A stretch of DNA of 55,535 nucleotides from a virus (taxonomy: Duplodnaviria > Caudoviricetes). Positions 36,211 to 45,894 of this stretch are shown piece after piece; positions within the stretch are counted from its first letter, which is position 1, and each line of letters starts with the position of its first letter. Below the pieces are notes generated by a model. That model had not been told where the DNA came from. It saw only the letters and a program-made list of their open reading frames with translations, and made no database searches. Location: the IMG/VR virus record IMGVR_UViG_3300030677_000007, positions 1 through 55,535 of that record; one strand, written 5' to 3'. The position numbers were made by a program, and so were the translations under genes.

Positions 36211-37028
36211 CGGTGGTGTCCGTTCTGGGTGGTGGGGGTGGCCCGGCGCTCGGCGGCGTCGAGGGCGGTGGCGAGCTGCGCGAGGTCGTGCCAGGCCCAG
36301 AAGCGCCGGCCGCGGTCGTCCAGGCCGACGGGAGCGGTGCAGCTCCTCCCGGTCGAGCAAGTCACCGTCGGCGGCTCGTCGACCGGGTGGTGAAGGCGGA
36401 GCTCGGCGCCGCACCAGGGGCATGGCCGGTCGGGGATGACGGTGGACAGGGTGCCGATGCCGAGGACGCTGAGGATCCGGCGGGCGGCGTGGTCGGCGAT
36501 GATGGCGACGTCGCGGGCGAGCTGGGGCGGGATGGGGCGGAACAGGCCGTCGCCCAGGTCGTCGTCGGCCAGGCGGCCGTCGATGTAGACGGCGCCCCAG
36601 TGGACGCCGCGGGCCCAGGAGGCGTTGTAGTGCCAGCGGCGCGGGTCGGTGCGGTCGAGGTCAGCGGCGGCGCGTAGGCCAGCGGCGAGCTGGGCGCCGC
36701 CCTTGGTGCCGTCGTGGATGCGCGGAGGCTGGATCGGAGGCCGTTGGCAGGCGGCGGCGACCTGGTCGGCCAGGGCGAGGATCTCGGTGGTGAGGTCGTC
36801 GACGGCCTGGGCGGCGTCGAGGTTGAGGGGCGCTGGGGAGTCGCCGAGCGCGTCGCTGGAGCGCTCAGCTCGTTCAACCGCGGCTTCCGCGTCGCGGCGG
36901 GCCCACATCTCGGTGGTGAGTCGCTGCGGCGGCCACACGGGCTGCGGGTCGGTGTCGATGGCGGCCAAGAGGTCTCCCCAGTACTGGCGGATGAGGGCGA
37001 GGTTGCGGCGGGTCTCGGCGGTGGTCAC
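36207..37028 (-). CDS. Hypothetical Zn-binding protein (possible transcriptional regulator)
   Basis: GGGAG RBS; CPWC and CxxxxxC near the C-terminus. Confidence 0.65.
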   Translation of the reverse strand: MTTAETRRNLALIRQYWGDLLAAIDTDPQPVWPPQRLTTEMWARRDAEAAVERAERSSDALGDSPAPLNLDAAQAVDDLTTEILALADQVAAACQRPPIQPPRIHDGTKGGAQLAAGLRAAADLDRTDPRRWHYNASWARGVHWGAVYIDGRLADDDLGDGLFRPIPPQLARDVAIIADHAARRILSVLGIGTLSTVIPDRPCPWCGAELRLHHPVDEPPTVTCSTGRSCTAPVGLDDRGRRFWAWHDLAQLATALDAAERRATPTTQNGHHR

Positions 37029-37121
37029 GATGGTTCTCCCTGGTCAGGCGGGGGTACGGTGATCACAGCCGGGGGGCGCGCCGGATGCTCTGGCCGGGCG
37101 GGCGCGCCCTACAGGTGGAGG

Positions 37122-37277
37122 TCAGCGGCGGTGAGTCCAGCTGAGGCAGGCCGTCAGCACCGAGAAGACCAGCCACGCTGCAGCTGCCAGCAGGTAGTTC
37201 GGGTCACGGAGGGCGACCGCCATGCCGATCATGGCTCCGACGGCGTTGCCTTGGAGGAATCCGATGCTGTACCTCAC
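37122..37277 (-). CDS. 51-aa membrane peptide (not in ORF track)
   Basis: GTGA overlap; two hydrophobic segments. Confidence 0.55.
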   Translation of the reverse strand: MRYSIGFLQGNAVGAMIGMAVALRDPNYLLAAAAWLVFSVLTACLSWTHRR

Positions 37278-38527
37278 CGGCCACCGTCCAGGGCGGTCAC
37301 CGTGGCGTGATCCGGCAGCGATCCGGTGCGCACGTACGCGGGAGTGTGCTCGTCGCTGTCAGCCCAGCGGACGCGGCGCCTCCCCGAGGCGTCGAGCTGG
37401 TCGAGCAGTTCGGCCACGTACGTCACCCGGACGACTCCATCGCCGTACGCGGTCGGGTAGTCCACCGCTGGCAGCGTGCTGACCTGCTGATTTGCTGCCG
37501 AGTGGACGTGCCGCGGTACCGGGGGCCCGGGCTGGCCCAGCGGCCGGCAGACGGCGAGCTGCTGGCGAGTTTCCTGCAGGGTCTTTTCCAGGTCGGCGAT
37601 GTACCGGCGTGCCTGCCCCATCTGGAGCAGGTACTCGGCGAGAGACACAGAGGTGGGGGAGGCGCGGCGCCTGGTCTCGGCCAGGGCGCGGGTCAGGTCC
37701 GCGATCTGGGCCCGGTCTGTTGTGGCTGCTACTGCCTGGGCTTCCACGTACGCCATGGCGGTGTCGGCCCGGGCGGCCTGCCGCTGGGCCTCGGCGATGG
37801 TGCTCCGCCAGCGCCGCTCGAACTCGTCCCGGGCATCCCGGATGCTCTGCGTCTGGCGGCCGTGCGCGCCGATCAGCTGTGCCATACGGTCGCTGAGGCG
37901 CTGATGCTCGGGGGTGAGCTCCTTCACCCGGGCAGCGAGCGTGTCCCGCTCCTGGGTGACGTCTCGGAGTTGCTGCTCGGCGGCGGCGCGGAGCCGGAGC
38001 TCGGCCGCGTGCTGCTCCTCAACGCCGAGCAGGTGGGTGCTGCGCTTGTGCGCGTAGTCCGCGTTGGCCTGGGCCTTCCGGACCTCGCGGATGTGCTGGC
38101 TGCGGGAGATCAGGTCGGTCCGCCACTTGTGGCGGGTCTTGGACGCGGGCAGCAGCGCGTGCCAGTCGTCGAGTTGCTGCTCTCGGACGAACCCGCTGCG
38201 GAGTCGCTTCCCGGACCAGCTGTAGATGCTGGACTCGGCGTCTGTGAACTCGCGCAGCACGTCGTCGAGGGCGGTGGCGAGCAGGTTCGCGCGGCGGTCC
38301 TGGCGCTGGGCCTCCTTGATGAGGCTGGCCTTCACCGCCTGGTCGTGCTCCTGCTGCTTCAGCGCCCGGGTCATGACCTCCCGGTCGGTGGCCAGCTGCT
38401 CCTGGAGGGCGCGGTTCTGGGTGGTGAGACGGTCGAGGGAGCTGTCGAGCGACAGGGCCTCCGAGGGGGACACGGGGCGTCCCGCGGCGACGTTGGCGGT
38501 GAGGAAGGCGCGGAGGTTGCGGTTCAC
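37274..38527 (-). CDS. Coiled-coil hypothetical protein
   Basis: Long heptad-rich ORF coupled to neighbours. Confidence 0.7.
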   Translation of the reverse strand: MNRNLRAFLTANVAAGRPVSPSEALSLDSSLDRLTTQNRALQEQLATDREVMTRALKQQEHDQAVKASLIKEAQRQDRRANLLATALDDVLREFTDAESSIYSWSGKRLRSGFVREQQLDDWHALLPASKTRHKWRTDLISRSQHIREVRKAQANADYAHKRSTHLLGVEEQHAAELRLRAAAEQQLRDVTQERDTLAARVKELTPEHQRLSDRMAQLIGAHGRQTQSIRDARDEFERRWRSTIAEAQRQAARADTAMAYVEAQAVAATTDRAQIADLTRALAETRRRASPTSVSLAEYLLQMGQARRYIADLEKTLQETRQQLAVCRPLGQPGPPVPRHVHSAANQQVSTLPAVDYPTAYGDGVVRVTYVAELLDQLDASGRRRVRWADSDEHTPAYVRTGSLPDHATVTALDGGR

Positions 38528-38808
38528 TGCGGCGGCTCCGGGGTGTTGGCGTCGAGGTCGGTCAGGAGGTCGGCAGGGGTGGTGCCCAGTGCTGCGGCGA
38601 GGGCCATGAGCTGGTCGACGGTCACGCCTCGGCGGGCGCCGCCGGTCTCGATCTCGCTGATGGCAGACCGGTAGAGCGGGTGGCTGGTGGTGTTGGTGGC
38701 GTCGGCGAGTTGCTGACCGCTGAGGTGCTGCTCGGTGCGGAGGCGGCGGATGTTGCGGCCGACGATGCGGGCGTAGTGGAGCTGGTCGTCGGTGCGGGTG
38801 TGGCTCAT
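38524..38808 (-). CDS. XRE-family HTH protein
   Basis: NIRRLR..LSGQQLA...ISEIETG. Confidence 0.85.
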   Translation of the reverse strand: MSHTRTDDQLHYARIVGRNIRRLRTEQHLSGQQLADATNTTSHPLYRSAISEIETGGARRGVTVDQLMALAAALGTTPADLLTDLDANTPEPPQ

Positions 38809-39113
38809 GCCGCTGCTCCCCGAATACGGATGGCGGGGTGGGCGCAGGTGGTGCAGGTCAGGCAGACGGTGTGCCGGAGCTCGTGCTCGCGGCGGGCCTG
38901 GGCGACGGCGCCGGCGTGGCGGCGCTGGGCACGCCGGACCTCGTCGGCCAGGAGGACCAGGGCCAGCGCGACGATGTCGGTGTCGCCGCCGACGGCCAGG
39001 TCGACGCGGATGGTGGCGAGGACGTCGCGGACGGCGGCGCGTCCGGGCGGGGCTATGACGGTGAGGTCGACGTCGGCCAGGTGCTGGGCGAGTTGCTGGG
39101 CAATGGTGGTCAT
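38805..39113 (-). CDS. Hypothetical protein
   Basis: ATGA overlaps on both sides. Confidence 0.6.
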   Translation of the reverse strand: MTTIAQQLAQHLADVDLTVIAPPGRAAVRDVLATIRVDLAVGGDTDIVALALVLLADEVRRAQRRHAGAVAQARREHELRHTVCLTCTTCAHPAIRIRGAAA

Positions 39114-39592
39114 GCTGCTGCTCCGGTGGTTGCTGGCTGGCTGGTGAGCATGAGGTGGCCGTGTTGGTAGCCGAGGGCGATGGCGTGCTCGCGGTTGTCT
39201 GCACCAAGGGCGACAAAAAGGGACTTTGTGTAGTTGGTGACGGTCGTCTGGGCGAGGCCCAGGCGATGGCCGATATCTGCGTTGCTGAGGCCGTCGGCCA
39301 GCCCGGCCAGTACAGCCAGGTGCCGCGCGTCGAGGGGTTGGTGGATGCGCGGTTCGACCTTCAGGTGCGCGAGGGCCCCTGTTCGGTAGCCGGTGGCAAC
39401 GACGTGGGCGCGGCTGCCGGGGCAGTCCAGGCGGGCGGCCATGCGCCGCAGGTGGGTCTTGACGGTGTGGACGCTGAGGTGCAGATCGGCGGCGATCTGG
39501 AGGTTGCTGCGGCCGCGGGCTATTCCGGCCAGGATGCGGCGTTCCTGGCTGGTGAGCGGGGTTCCTGGGGCGGGGAGTGACGGGGCGCTCAT
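39110..39592 (-). CDS. Tandem LuxR-type HTH protein
   Basis: Two G.SN..I...L.L...TV motifs. Confidence 0.85.
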   Translation of the reverse strand: MSAPSLPAPGTPLTSQERRILAGIARGRSNLQIAADLHLSVHTVKTHLRRMAARLDCPGSRAHVVATGYRTGALAHLKVEPRIHQPLDARHLAVLAGLADGLSNADIGHRLGLAQTTVTNYTKSLFVALGADNREHAIALGYQHGHLMLTSQPATTGAAA

Positions 39593-39685
39593 GTGGGGTC
39601 CTGGTTGTAGGTGGGGCTGGAGCGAGCTGTGCGGGCCTGGCGGGGTGCGGCTGGGGTCCGGGGGTGCTGGGGGCTGCGGGGCCCG

Positions 39686-39919
39686 TCAGGGGGTCTCCGG
39701 GGCGGCCGGGTTGGCGGGTTGATGGTTGGCGCGTTCAGCCGCTGCGGCGGTGCGTTCGGCGTGGATGGTGGCGATCTGGATTCGGATGCACTCGCTCCTG
39801 ATCGCCACGTCGTCCATCGCCTCGACCCGGGCCCGGAACGCTGCGGTGTTCTGCCGGGCCTGCTCGGCGGCCCGTGCTCTGTCGGCCGCGGTGAGGGCGG
39901 CCAGGAACCGGCGCCACAT
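39686..39919 (-). CDS. Hypothetical protein
   Basis: Coupled to the upstream ORF. Confidence 0.5.
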   Translation of the reverse strand: MWRRFLAALTAADRARAAEQARQNTAAFRARVEAMDDVAIRSECIRIQIATIHAERTAAAAERANHQPANPAAPETP

Positions 39920-40239
39920 CACCGGGTACCTCGGGCCCGGCGGCGGGCGGCGAGGGAGGACACGCCGTCCGGGAGCCGGTGCTCGGGCAGTTGCTGCGGG
40001 CCGTACAGGCAGGTCGCGACGTGCGGGGTGAACCGGTGCTCGTAGGACTCCTGGGGGAGCTCGGCGGTGGGACGGCGGGAACGCCAGACCTGGTGGCCGT
40101 CGAGGTAGGCGACGGTGTTGCCGGTGGGGTCCGGCTCCGGGTTGACGGCGAGGCGCCGGCGGGCGACGGTGACGGTCCAGCGGATCTGCTGACGACACTG
40201 GACGCATAGGCCGAGGCCGTGGGTGGGAAGCGGCATCAC
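39919..40239 (-). CDS. Hypothetical Zn-binding protein
   Basis: CxxC...I.W...P.P.GN...PH.ATC. Confidence 0.65.
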   Translation of the reverse strand: MMPLPTHGLGLCVQCRQQIRWTVTVARRRLAVNPEPDPTGNTVAYLDGHQVWRSRRPTAELPQESYEHRFTPHVATCLYGPQQLPEHRLPDGVSSLAARRRARGTR

Positions 40240-40943
40240 TGGCCGTCCTGGGCGATCGGAGTGGTGGTCGGCGAGGGCTCGGCCAGGGCCTGGCGGGATG
40301 CCTCGCGGCGCTGCGCGATGCCCTGCTCGTACTCGGCCCGCGACATCGGGGGCAGCCCGGCGGCAGTCCGCTGGGCGTCAGTCAGGCGCCAGGGGTGGAC
40401 CTCCCTGCTGATGCCTCCGCGGCGACTACGGCACATGCGGCCCTTGAGGGCGCTGCACCGCTGGCAAGGCACGCCGAGGGTGTTCACGCCGATGGCAGGC
40501 TGCTCGCCGGGCACGGTCGCGCCGACGGCCTCGGTCAGCGCGAGCAGTCGCGGGGATGGGACGGAATGGCCGGAGTCCAGGGCGGCGCGGACCGGCCGGA
40601 CCGGCAGCTGGCCGGACGCGGCGGCGGCAGTGAGCGAGCGCAGGTTCTCGGCAGACTGAGCGCCGGTCTCGCCCGGGTCCCCGTCGTAAATCGCATGAGC
40701 GGCTGCGACGCGCTGTTCGCGGGCCTTCGCGCGGAGGTGTCGGACGTGATGGGGCATGATCCAACGGCGTTCCGCGAGGTCACCGGGTGCGCCGTAGTAG
40801 GTGGCGACGGCGTCCAGGGCGTCCTGGTCGAAATCGACGTCGGCCAGGGCGTCAGCCCACGCTTTCGCGGCGGGCTCGCTGATCTGCCGGTTGTCGAGCA
40901 TGGCGGCGTGGGTGATGAGGACCGTGGCCTCGGATGGGGTCAT
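40236..40943 (-). CDS. Replication accessory protein (helicase loader/inhibitor-like) with Zn finger
   Basis: Follows Rep; D.R.....AW...L, IMP.H, CQRC.A..G..C. Confidence 0.6.
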   Translation of the reverse strand: MTPSEATVLITHAAMLDNRQISEPAAKAWADALADVDFDQDALDAVATYYGAPGDLAERRWIMPHHVRHLRAKAREQRVAAAHAIYDGDPGETGAQSAENLRSLTAAAASGQLPVRPVRAALDSGHSVPSPRLLALTEAVGATVPGEQPAIGVNTLGVPCQRCSALKGRMCRSRRGGISREVHPWRLTDAQRTAAGLPPMSRAEYEQGIAQRREASRQALAEPSPTTTPIAQDGQ

Positions 40944-42088
40944 GCGTGCCTCTCCTGGGCTTCTTCGGCTGCGAGTCGGGCGGCGAGGGCCATGCCGTCG
41001 GCGAGGCGTCGGTCAGCGGTCGTGGCGGGCCGGCCGCCGGGCAGGGCGGTCAGGAATGCTCCCTGGACGGGCTGCTGGAGCTGCCCGAGGGCGGTGGTGA
41101 TGGTGCCTCCGGAGATCGCCCGGCCCTCGTTGGCGAGGTGATCCAGGGCGCGGGCGACCATGTCGCGGTCCAGGCCGTTGGCCAGCGCGGTGCGGACGAT
41201 CCCTCGGATTGCGATGAACGACTGGGCTGTTCGAGCCTTGTGGTGCTCCCAGAACGCGCCGGCGAGGTCGTCGGCGACCTGGTGCTTGCCGGTGGCCCGC
41301 TCCGGTGTTGGGCCGGGCGGCGAAGCCGCATCGGCGACCGCCACCACGGCGAGCTGCTGCTGTTCGTCCTCGGGGCTGCCCGGCGTCTTATAGGTAGGGG
41401 AAGGGGATGGGGTAGGGGAAGTGCGCACGCGCGCGGGCGCATGCGCACGCGTAGGAAGGGTTCCCGAAGGGTTCCCGGAAGGGTTCTGCGGGGGATCGGC
41501 CATGGGTCCGGCAGGGGTATCAGTGGTCTGGGAAGGGTTCCCGGGGGGTTCCGGGAAGGGTGCTGTGGGGGTCTCAAAGGGGAAATCAGTGGCGCTGGGA
41601 ACCCTGAGGACGGCCCGCAACTGCTCGACGTGGGCCTGGATCTGGGCCCGAACCGAGGGGCCGCCCTTGGCCGACGGCTCGTCGGATAGCTCGGTCAGGG
41701 GCAGTCGCTCCGCCTCGATCAGGAGGGCTCGGCGCAGCTTCACCGACGACAGCTCAGCCGACGCGGACACGGCTGCCGCCATAATGTTGGGCTGCCGGTA
41801 GATTCCGTCGCCCTTCAGCATCGTCCGGATCAGCAGTTCCTCGGTCTCCTCGTCCAGGACGATGAACCGGGCGTCCTCCAGGACCGCGAGCTGCGCCTCC
41901 AGGTCGGCCACGGTCAGCCCAGCGGCGCGGCGCGCCCAGCGCTTCAGCGTGAGCGGCAGCAGGCCGGCGCGAGAGAGGTTGGCCTGCGAGAGGAGGAACA
42001 GGTAGAGCCGCTGTGGGAGCGGGTGCAGCCGCAGGAACTGCTCGTCCTCCCAGATGCTGGTGAGGATCAGTGCGTGAGCGCGGGCCAT
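40940..42088 (-). CDS. RepA-like replication initiator
   Basis: SIWEDEQF..L....QRLY.FLLSQ..LS.AG actinophage Rep N-terminus; internal iterons. Confidence 0.8.
   Translation of the reverse strand: MARAHALILTSIWEDEQFLRLHPLPQRLYLFLLSQANLSRAGLLPLTLKRWARRAAGLTVADLEAQLAVLEDARFIVLDEETEELLIRTMLKGDGIYRQPNIMAAAVSASAELSSVKLRRALLIEAERLPLTELSDEPSAKGGPSVRAQIQAHVEQLRAVLRVPSATDFPFETPTAPFPEPPGNPSQTTDTPAGPMADPPQNPSGNPSGTLPTRAHAPARVRTSPTPSPSPTYKTPGSPEDEQQQLAVVAVADAASPPGPTPERATGKHQVADDLAGAFWEHHKARTAQSFIAIRGIVRTALANGLDRDMVARALDHLANEGRAISGGTITTALGQLQQPVQGAFLTALPGGRPATTADRRLADGMALAARLAAEEAQERHA
41387..41604. repeat. Putative origin of replication (iterons inside rep)
   Basis: GAAGGGTTC at 41455, 41466, 41478, 41532; variants at 41543 and 41555; purine-rich strand-biased flank. 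Confidence 0.7.
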
Positions 42089-42185
42089 AGGTGGTGCTCC
42101 TGTGCATGAGAGGGTCAGCGGCCGGGGAGGGCGCGGGGCTGCCGTGCGGCACGCGGGGGTGGCCTGGCGGTGACGGTGGGAGCGC

Positions 42186-42374
42186 TCAACGGGTCCTCGA
42201 CTTCGGTGGCTCGGGAGGCGGTGTGGCGGTCTCGATCGGGTGTTCCTCGGCGCAGGTCTTGTGGGTCGCCCGGCCGTAGTCGTCCCGGATGTGCGTGGGC
42301 CACCCGGGACAGAAGCGGCAGCGGGCGGCGCGCGGGGCCCAGTGGCCCCGGCGCCAGTCCAGGAGCACCGTCAC
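42186..42374 (-). CDS. Small Zn-binding hypothetical protein
   Basis: CRFC...HKTC. Confidence 0.55.
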   Translation of the reverse strand: MTVLLDWRRGHWAPRAARCRFCPGWPTHIRDDYGRATHKTCAEEHPIETATPPPEPPKSRTR

Positions 42375-43288
42375 GGCGGCACTGGTGGTTCCGTGCGGGC
42401 CGGGGTCTGGCCTCGGACGCCCGGCGGCAGATCGACGCCAGCGCGGCGGTGGGCTGCGCTGATGGAGTCCCAGTCCAGGCCCAGGCGCTCAGCAATCGCT
42501 GCCCGGTCGGCACCGAGCAAGGCCAGCTCCTCGGTGTCGTCGATGACGTCCTGTGACCGGTCGCCACGGCGGGCGTAGACCGGGACCGTGCGGCGCGGGT
42601 TCGGCTTCTCGTCGGTCTCGATGTCCGTCCACGCGGTCGGCACAGCCCAGCCCTGCCTCCGGGCGTAGCTGATCCCCCGCTGCGCGACCCACCGATCGAC
42701 CCCGTGGCGGGTCGGGTCCTGGTCGTGCAGGTCGTCGTAGACGTCGGTGACGGCCAAGTGGGTCGATGCCCAGACGATGTCCTTGCCGAGGATCCGCGAC
42801 ATCGAGTCGACGCTGAGACCGGCACGGCGGCTCAGTTCCACTCCTGGCCAGCCGATCGCCCGGAGCCCTTGCAGTCGCCGCTGGGTCGAGCGGGACGGGA
42901 GGAATGCCTTCGGTTCCAGCGCGGTTGGGGCGGCGCGCACTGCCAAGATCTTCGCGGCCGTGGTCGGCCGGATGCGCTGGCGGTCGTGGCGAATCTGGTG
43001 GATCTCCCACAGCAAGAGCCCTGCCAGTCGGGCGATCTGCCTGTACGCGATGCCGCTTTCGTGGACGGCCTCGATGTGGGCCCGGGCCGGTGCGGCGTCG
43101 ACATAGGGTTGCCAGGTGCCGTATCCGATCATGCGGGCGCGGTGCCGTGCCCACGCCGCCTCAAGGTCGCAGCAGGGCAGACAGTTGCAGTTCTTCGAAT
43201 GACCGGGGACCGCGGTGGGCAGCGGGGTGTGCGTGCGGATCAGCTGCCGGGCCGGGGCCTGGCGCTCGTCACGCACAGCGGTTGTCAC
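42371..43288 (-). CDS. Multi-HTH DNA-binding protein
   Basis: CxCxxC, VDAAPARAH, RRLQGL.AIGW motifs. Confidence 0.7.
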   Translation of the reverse strand: MTTAVRDERQAPARQLIRTHTPLPTAVPGHSKNCNCLPCCDLEAAWARHRARMIGYGTWQPYVDAAPARAHIEAVHESGIAYRQIARLAGLLLWEIHQIRHDRQRIRPTTAAKILAVRAAPTALEPKAFLPSRSTQRRLQGLRAIGWPGVELSRRAGLSVDSMSRILGKDIVWASTHLAVTDVYDDLHDQDPTRHGVDRWVAQRGISYARRQGWAVPTAWTDIETDEKPNPRRTVPVYARRGDRSQDVIDDTEELALLGADRAAIAERLGLDWDSISAAHRRAGVDLPPGVRGQTPARTEPPVPP

Positions 43289-43719
43289 GAAGCCCTCGAC
43301 CAGGAGGGCCGGTCCGCGGCCCGCGTGGCCTGTGTCCCGTGGCCGGAGCGGGCGGCGCTCTCCCACAGAGGCATGACCAGCGGCATCGGAATCTCCGTCG
43401 TCTCCGACGCCCCACCGGGGTGATCGAGCTGGCGCCGGAGGTCACGGATCACCTCGGTGGCCTCGACGCCGCGCCGTTGCTCGACCGCCAACGACTGCTC
43501 GGCGGCAGTGGCGCGGGCCACTGCCTCATCGCGCTGCTGGACGAGCTGGCCCATGAGGGTGTCGGCGTGGCCGCGCAGGGTCCGCTCTTCGGCGAGCTGC
43601 CGGGCGGTGTCCGTCACCGCTGATACGGCGGCGGCCAGGGCGTCGGTGAGCTGCTGCCACGCGGCAGGGGTGCGGCGGTGTGTGCCGGCCGGGCGGCTGC
43701 GGAACAGTACGGTGCTCAT
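43285..43719 (-). CDS. Hypothetical coiled-coil protein
   Basis: Coupled to neighbours. Confidence 0.6.
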   Translation of the reverse strand: MSTVLFRSRPAGTHRRTPAAWQQLTDALAAAVSAVTDTARQLAEERTLRGHADTLMGQLVQQRDEAVARATAAEQSLAVEQRRGVEATEVIRDLRRQLDHPGGASETTEIPMPLVMPLWESAARSGHGTQATRAADRPSWSRAS

Positions 43720-43970
43720 CGGGCGCCCTGCGCGGTGGCCGGAGTGGTGCTCGGGCGGAGGCGGTTGAGCTGCTCGTTGAGGTTCCTGGAGGTTTGCAGT
43801 CGGGCCTCCAGCTCGGTGATCTCACCCCTGAGCTCACGGTTCTGGACGGCAAAGCGGTCCTTGAAGAACACGGCGGTGCCGAGGTCGTCCTTGGCGTCGG
43901 TGAGCTGGGTCTCGAGCGTGGCGATGCGGGCGTCGCGCGCCCGGATGGTGCGGGTCTTCTTGCCGAACAT
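43716..43970 (-). CDS. Hypothetical coiled-coil protein
   Basis: GGGGAG RBS. Confidence 0.6.
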   Translation of the reverse strand: MFGKKTRTIRARDARIATLETQLTDAKDDLGTAVFFKDRFAVQNRELRGEITELEARLQTSRNLNEQLNRLRPSTTPATAQGAR

Positions 43971-44012
43971 CGGGGTCTCCCCATGCTGATGCTGAGCTGT
44001 GAGTTGTGGGGT

Positions 44013-44037
44013 GGGGCCGCCCACGTGGGGCGGCCCC
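44013..44037 (-). terminator. Hairpin after the recombination genes
   Basis: ggggccgccc...gggcggcccc. Confidence 0.55.
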
Positions 44038-44047
44038 GGGGCGGCTC

Positions 44048-44605
44048 TCAGGCCGCGTCGTCGGGCTGCATCGGCGGAGTCAGTAGCTCCGGCGCGATAT
44101 CCGGGCTCAGCAGGCCCTCGCGGTATGCGGCGGCGATGGCGTCCTCGCCGTCGGCGGTGAACGTGAGGCGGTGCCCGCGCTGGCGCTGCTGCGGGATCTC
44201 GATGCCGGGGATGATCTCCCCGGTCTCGGGATCGATCGGCTTGCCCGACTTCTGTATGGCCTTGAACAGGGCGTTCTGCCATGCCGGGCTGACCTCGCGG
44301 ATGAACCGGGCGGTGTGCACGGTCGGGTACGTGTCGCGGACCCAGTTCAACCACGCCGCCTCATCGATGACGCGCGGAGCCGGATCCGGATCGGTCAGGA
44401 CGACCCTGGCGACGATCTGGCCGTCGGGCATCACGGCGCCGAAGGCGGAGACGCCTCGTTGCGCCTCGTCATCCATCGCGGCCTGGACGCGGCCACGCGC
44501 AGCCTCATAGAGGCCCTTGACCGCAGTCACATGCAGCTGCACCGCAGCGAGCCGGGCCTTCAACGCGGCCTCGGCCAGGGCCAGTTCGGCCAGCGATTCA
44601 CTCAT
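44048..44605 (-). CDS. Recombination-module protein (weakly Gam/gp157-like)
   Basis: Coupled to the Sak4-like gene; DPETGEIIPGIE motif. Confidence 0.55.
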   Translation of the reverse strand: MSESLAELALAEAALKARLAAVQLHVTAVKGLYEAARGRVQAAMDDEAQRGVSAFGAVMPDGQIVARVVLTDPDPAPRVIDEAAWLNWVRDTYPTVHTARFIREVSPAWQNALFKAIQKSGKPIDPETGEIIPGIEIPQQRQRGHRLTFTADGEDAIAAAYREGLLSPDIAPELLTPPMQPDDAA

Positions 44606-45894
44606 GCGACGGCGCTCCGTCGCATGTTGGTCGCCATCTCCTGAAACGCGGCGACGCTGCCGTGGTCGATGGGCATGTTGTAGGCGCCCTTGAACGCCTC
44701 CGCCAGGTCGGCGGCCGGCAGCCCGATGTCGGTGGCGGCGTGCTCCATCGCGGCCTTCGCCTTGTCCCAGCCAAGCTGCGAGATCTGGTCGAGCGTGTCC
44801 TGGTCGGCCCCGGACGCGCTGGCGAGATTCCACACGTGCTCGACCGCATCCGCGTCAGGTGCGCTGACCGCGTCGGCCACGTAGTCTTGCGTCGGCTGAG
44901 CAGTGACCGGCTGTGCAACAGGCCGCGCGCCGTACGGGCCCGGCTGGGGCCGCTCCGCTGGACGTGTCGGCGACGGCGGCGCGGGAACAGCGGCGAGCTT
45001 CAGAGCAGACCCGTACTCCTTGATGAGCTCGCCCAGGGCGATCGACTCCTTGGAGACGGGATGCTCAACGAACTCCCCGTGCAACCGTCGCTGTCCGGTG
45101 CGGGCGAAGAGGTCCAGCGCGGCCGCGTAGGTCAGGTCGGGGGTGGTGAGCTCGTCCAGGAACGTCTTGACCAGGTCGATGCCGTGGCCGAGCTGTTCCA
45201 GGATGACCTGGCCCAGTTCCTCGCCCGGGTGGTGGACACTCAGGCCCTCCAGCGGCGCGTACCTCGTCTTGGTGACGGTGCCAGTGCCCTCGACCATGTC
45301 GAGGATCAGACCGAGTTCGTACTCGGTACCCTCACGCTGGACTGCCTTCACGCCGAGCTTCTTGACCTGCTTGCCCTTCGGGCCGTCCTCGATGACGTAG
45401 TCGCCCTTGGTCCGCATCGTCACGATCAGGTGCCCGGGGTAGGTCAACAACGCATCCAACATGTCCTGCTCGATCGGGTTCCCCGTGCGCCAGCCGCCGA
45501 AGGAACCGCCCGCCCCCGGGGCCGATCCGGCCCGGTCCACGATCTCCAGCAGACCGCCGCGCCCGTTCCAGAAGTGCGACCAGGAGTCAACGATCAGGAC
45601 CGCGAGTCGGGCCTCCCGGGCGGCGCGCACCGCCTGGATGAGGTTGCGAGGGTCGTGGGTGTCCATCGGCATGTGGCCGAAGACGTGACCCCCGAGGTCC
45701 GGCCGACCGGGGACCGGGGCGTAGGTGAGCGCGGAGCCGCGCTCAGTGTCGACCAACCCGATCTGAGCGCCCTGGGCCAGGCTCTCGGCGATGCGCAGGG
45801 CGGTGAGCGTCTTCCCGGATCCGGCCGGGCCCTGGAGCCCGATCCGGGCCCGGGCCTGCTCCCGAGTCGCGGGAGCGAATGCGAAGGTGGTCAT
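44602..45894 (-). CDS. Sak4/AAA_24-like recombination ATPase
   Basis: Walker A GPAGSGKT, DTERGS, IVDSWSH.W, TMR.K, QR.G.EYE. Confidence 0.85.
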   Translation of the reverse strand: MTTFAFAPATREQARARIGLQGPAGSGKTLTALRIAESLAQGAQIGLVDTERGSALTYAPVPGRPDLGGHVFGHMPMDTHDPRNLIQAVRAAREARLAVLIVDSWSHFWNGRGGLLEIVDRAGSAPGAGGSFGGWRTGNPIEQDMLDALLTYPGHLIVTMRTKGDYVIEDGPKGKQVKKLGVKAVQREGTEYELGLILDMVEGTGTVTKTRYAPLEGLSVHHPGEELGQVILEQLGHGIDLVKTFLDELTTPDLTYAAALDLFARTGQRRLHGEFVEHPVSKESIALGELIKEYGSALKLAAVPAPPSPTRPAERPQPGPYGARPVAQPVTAQPTQDYVADAVSAPDADAVEHVWNLASASGADQDTLDQISQLGWDKAKAAMEHAATDIGLPAADLAEAFKGAYNMPIDHGSVAAFQEMATNMRRSAVA

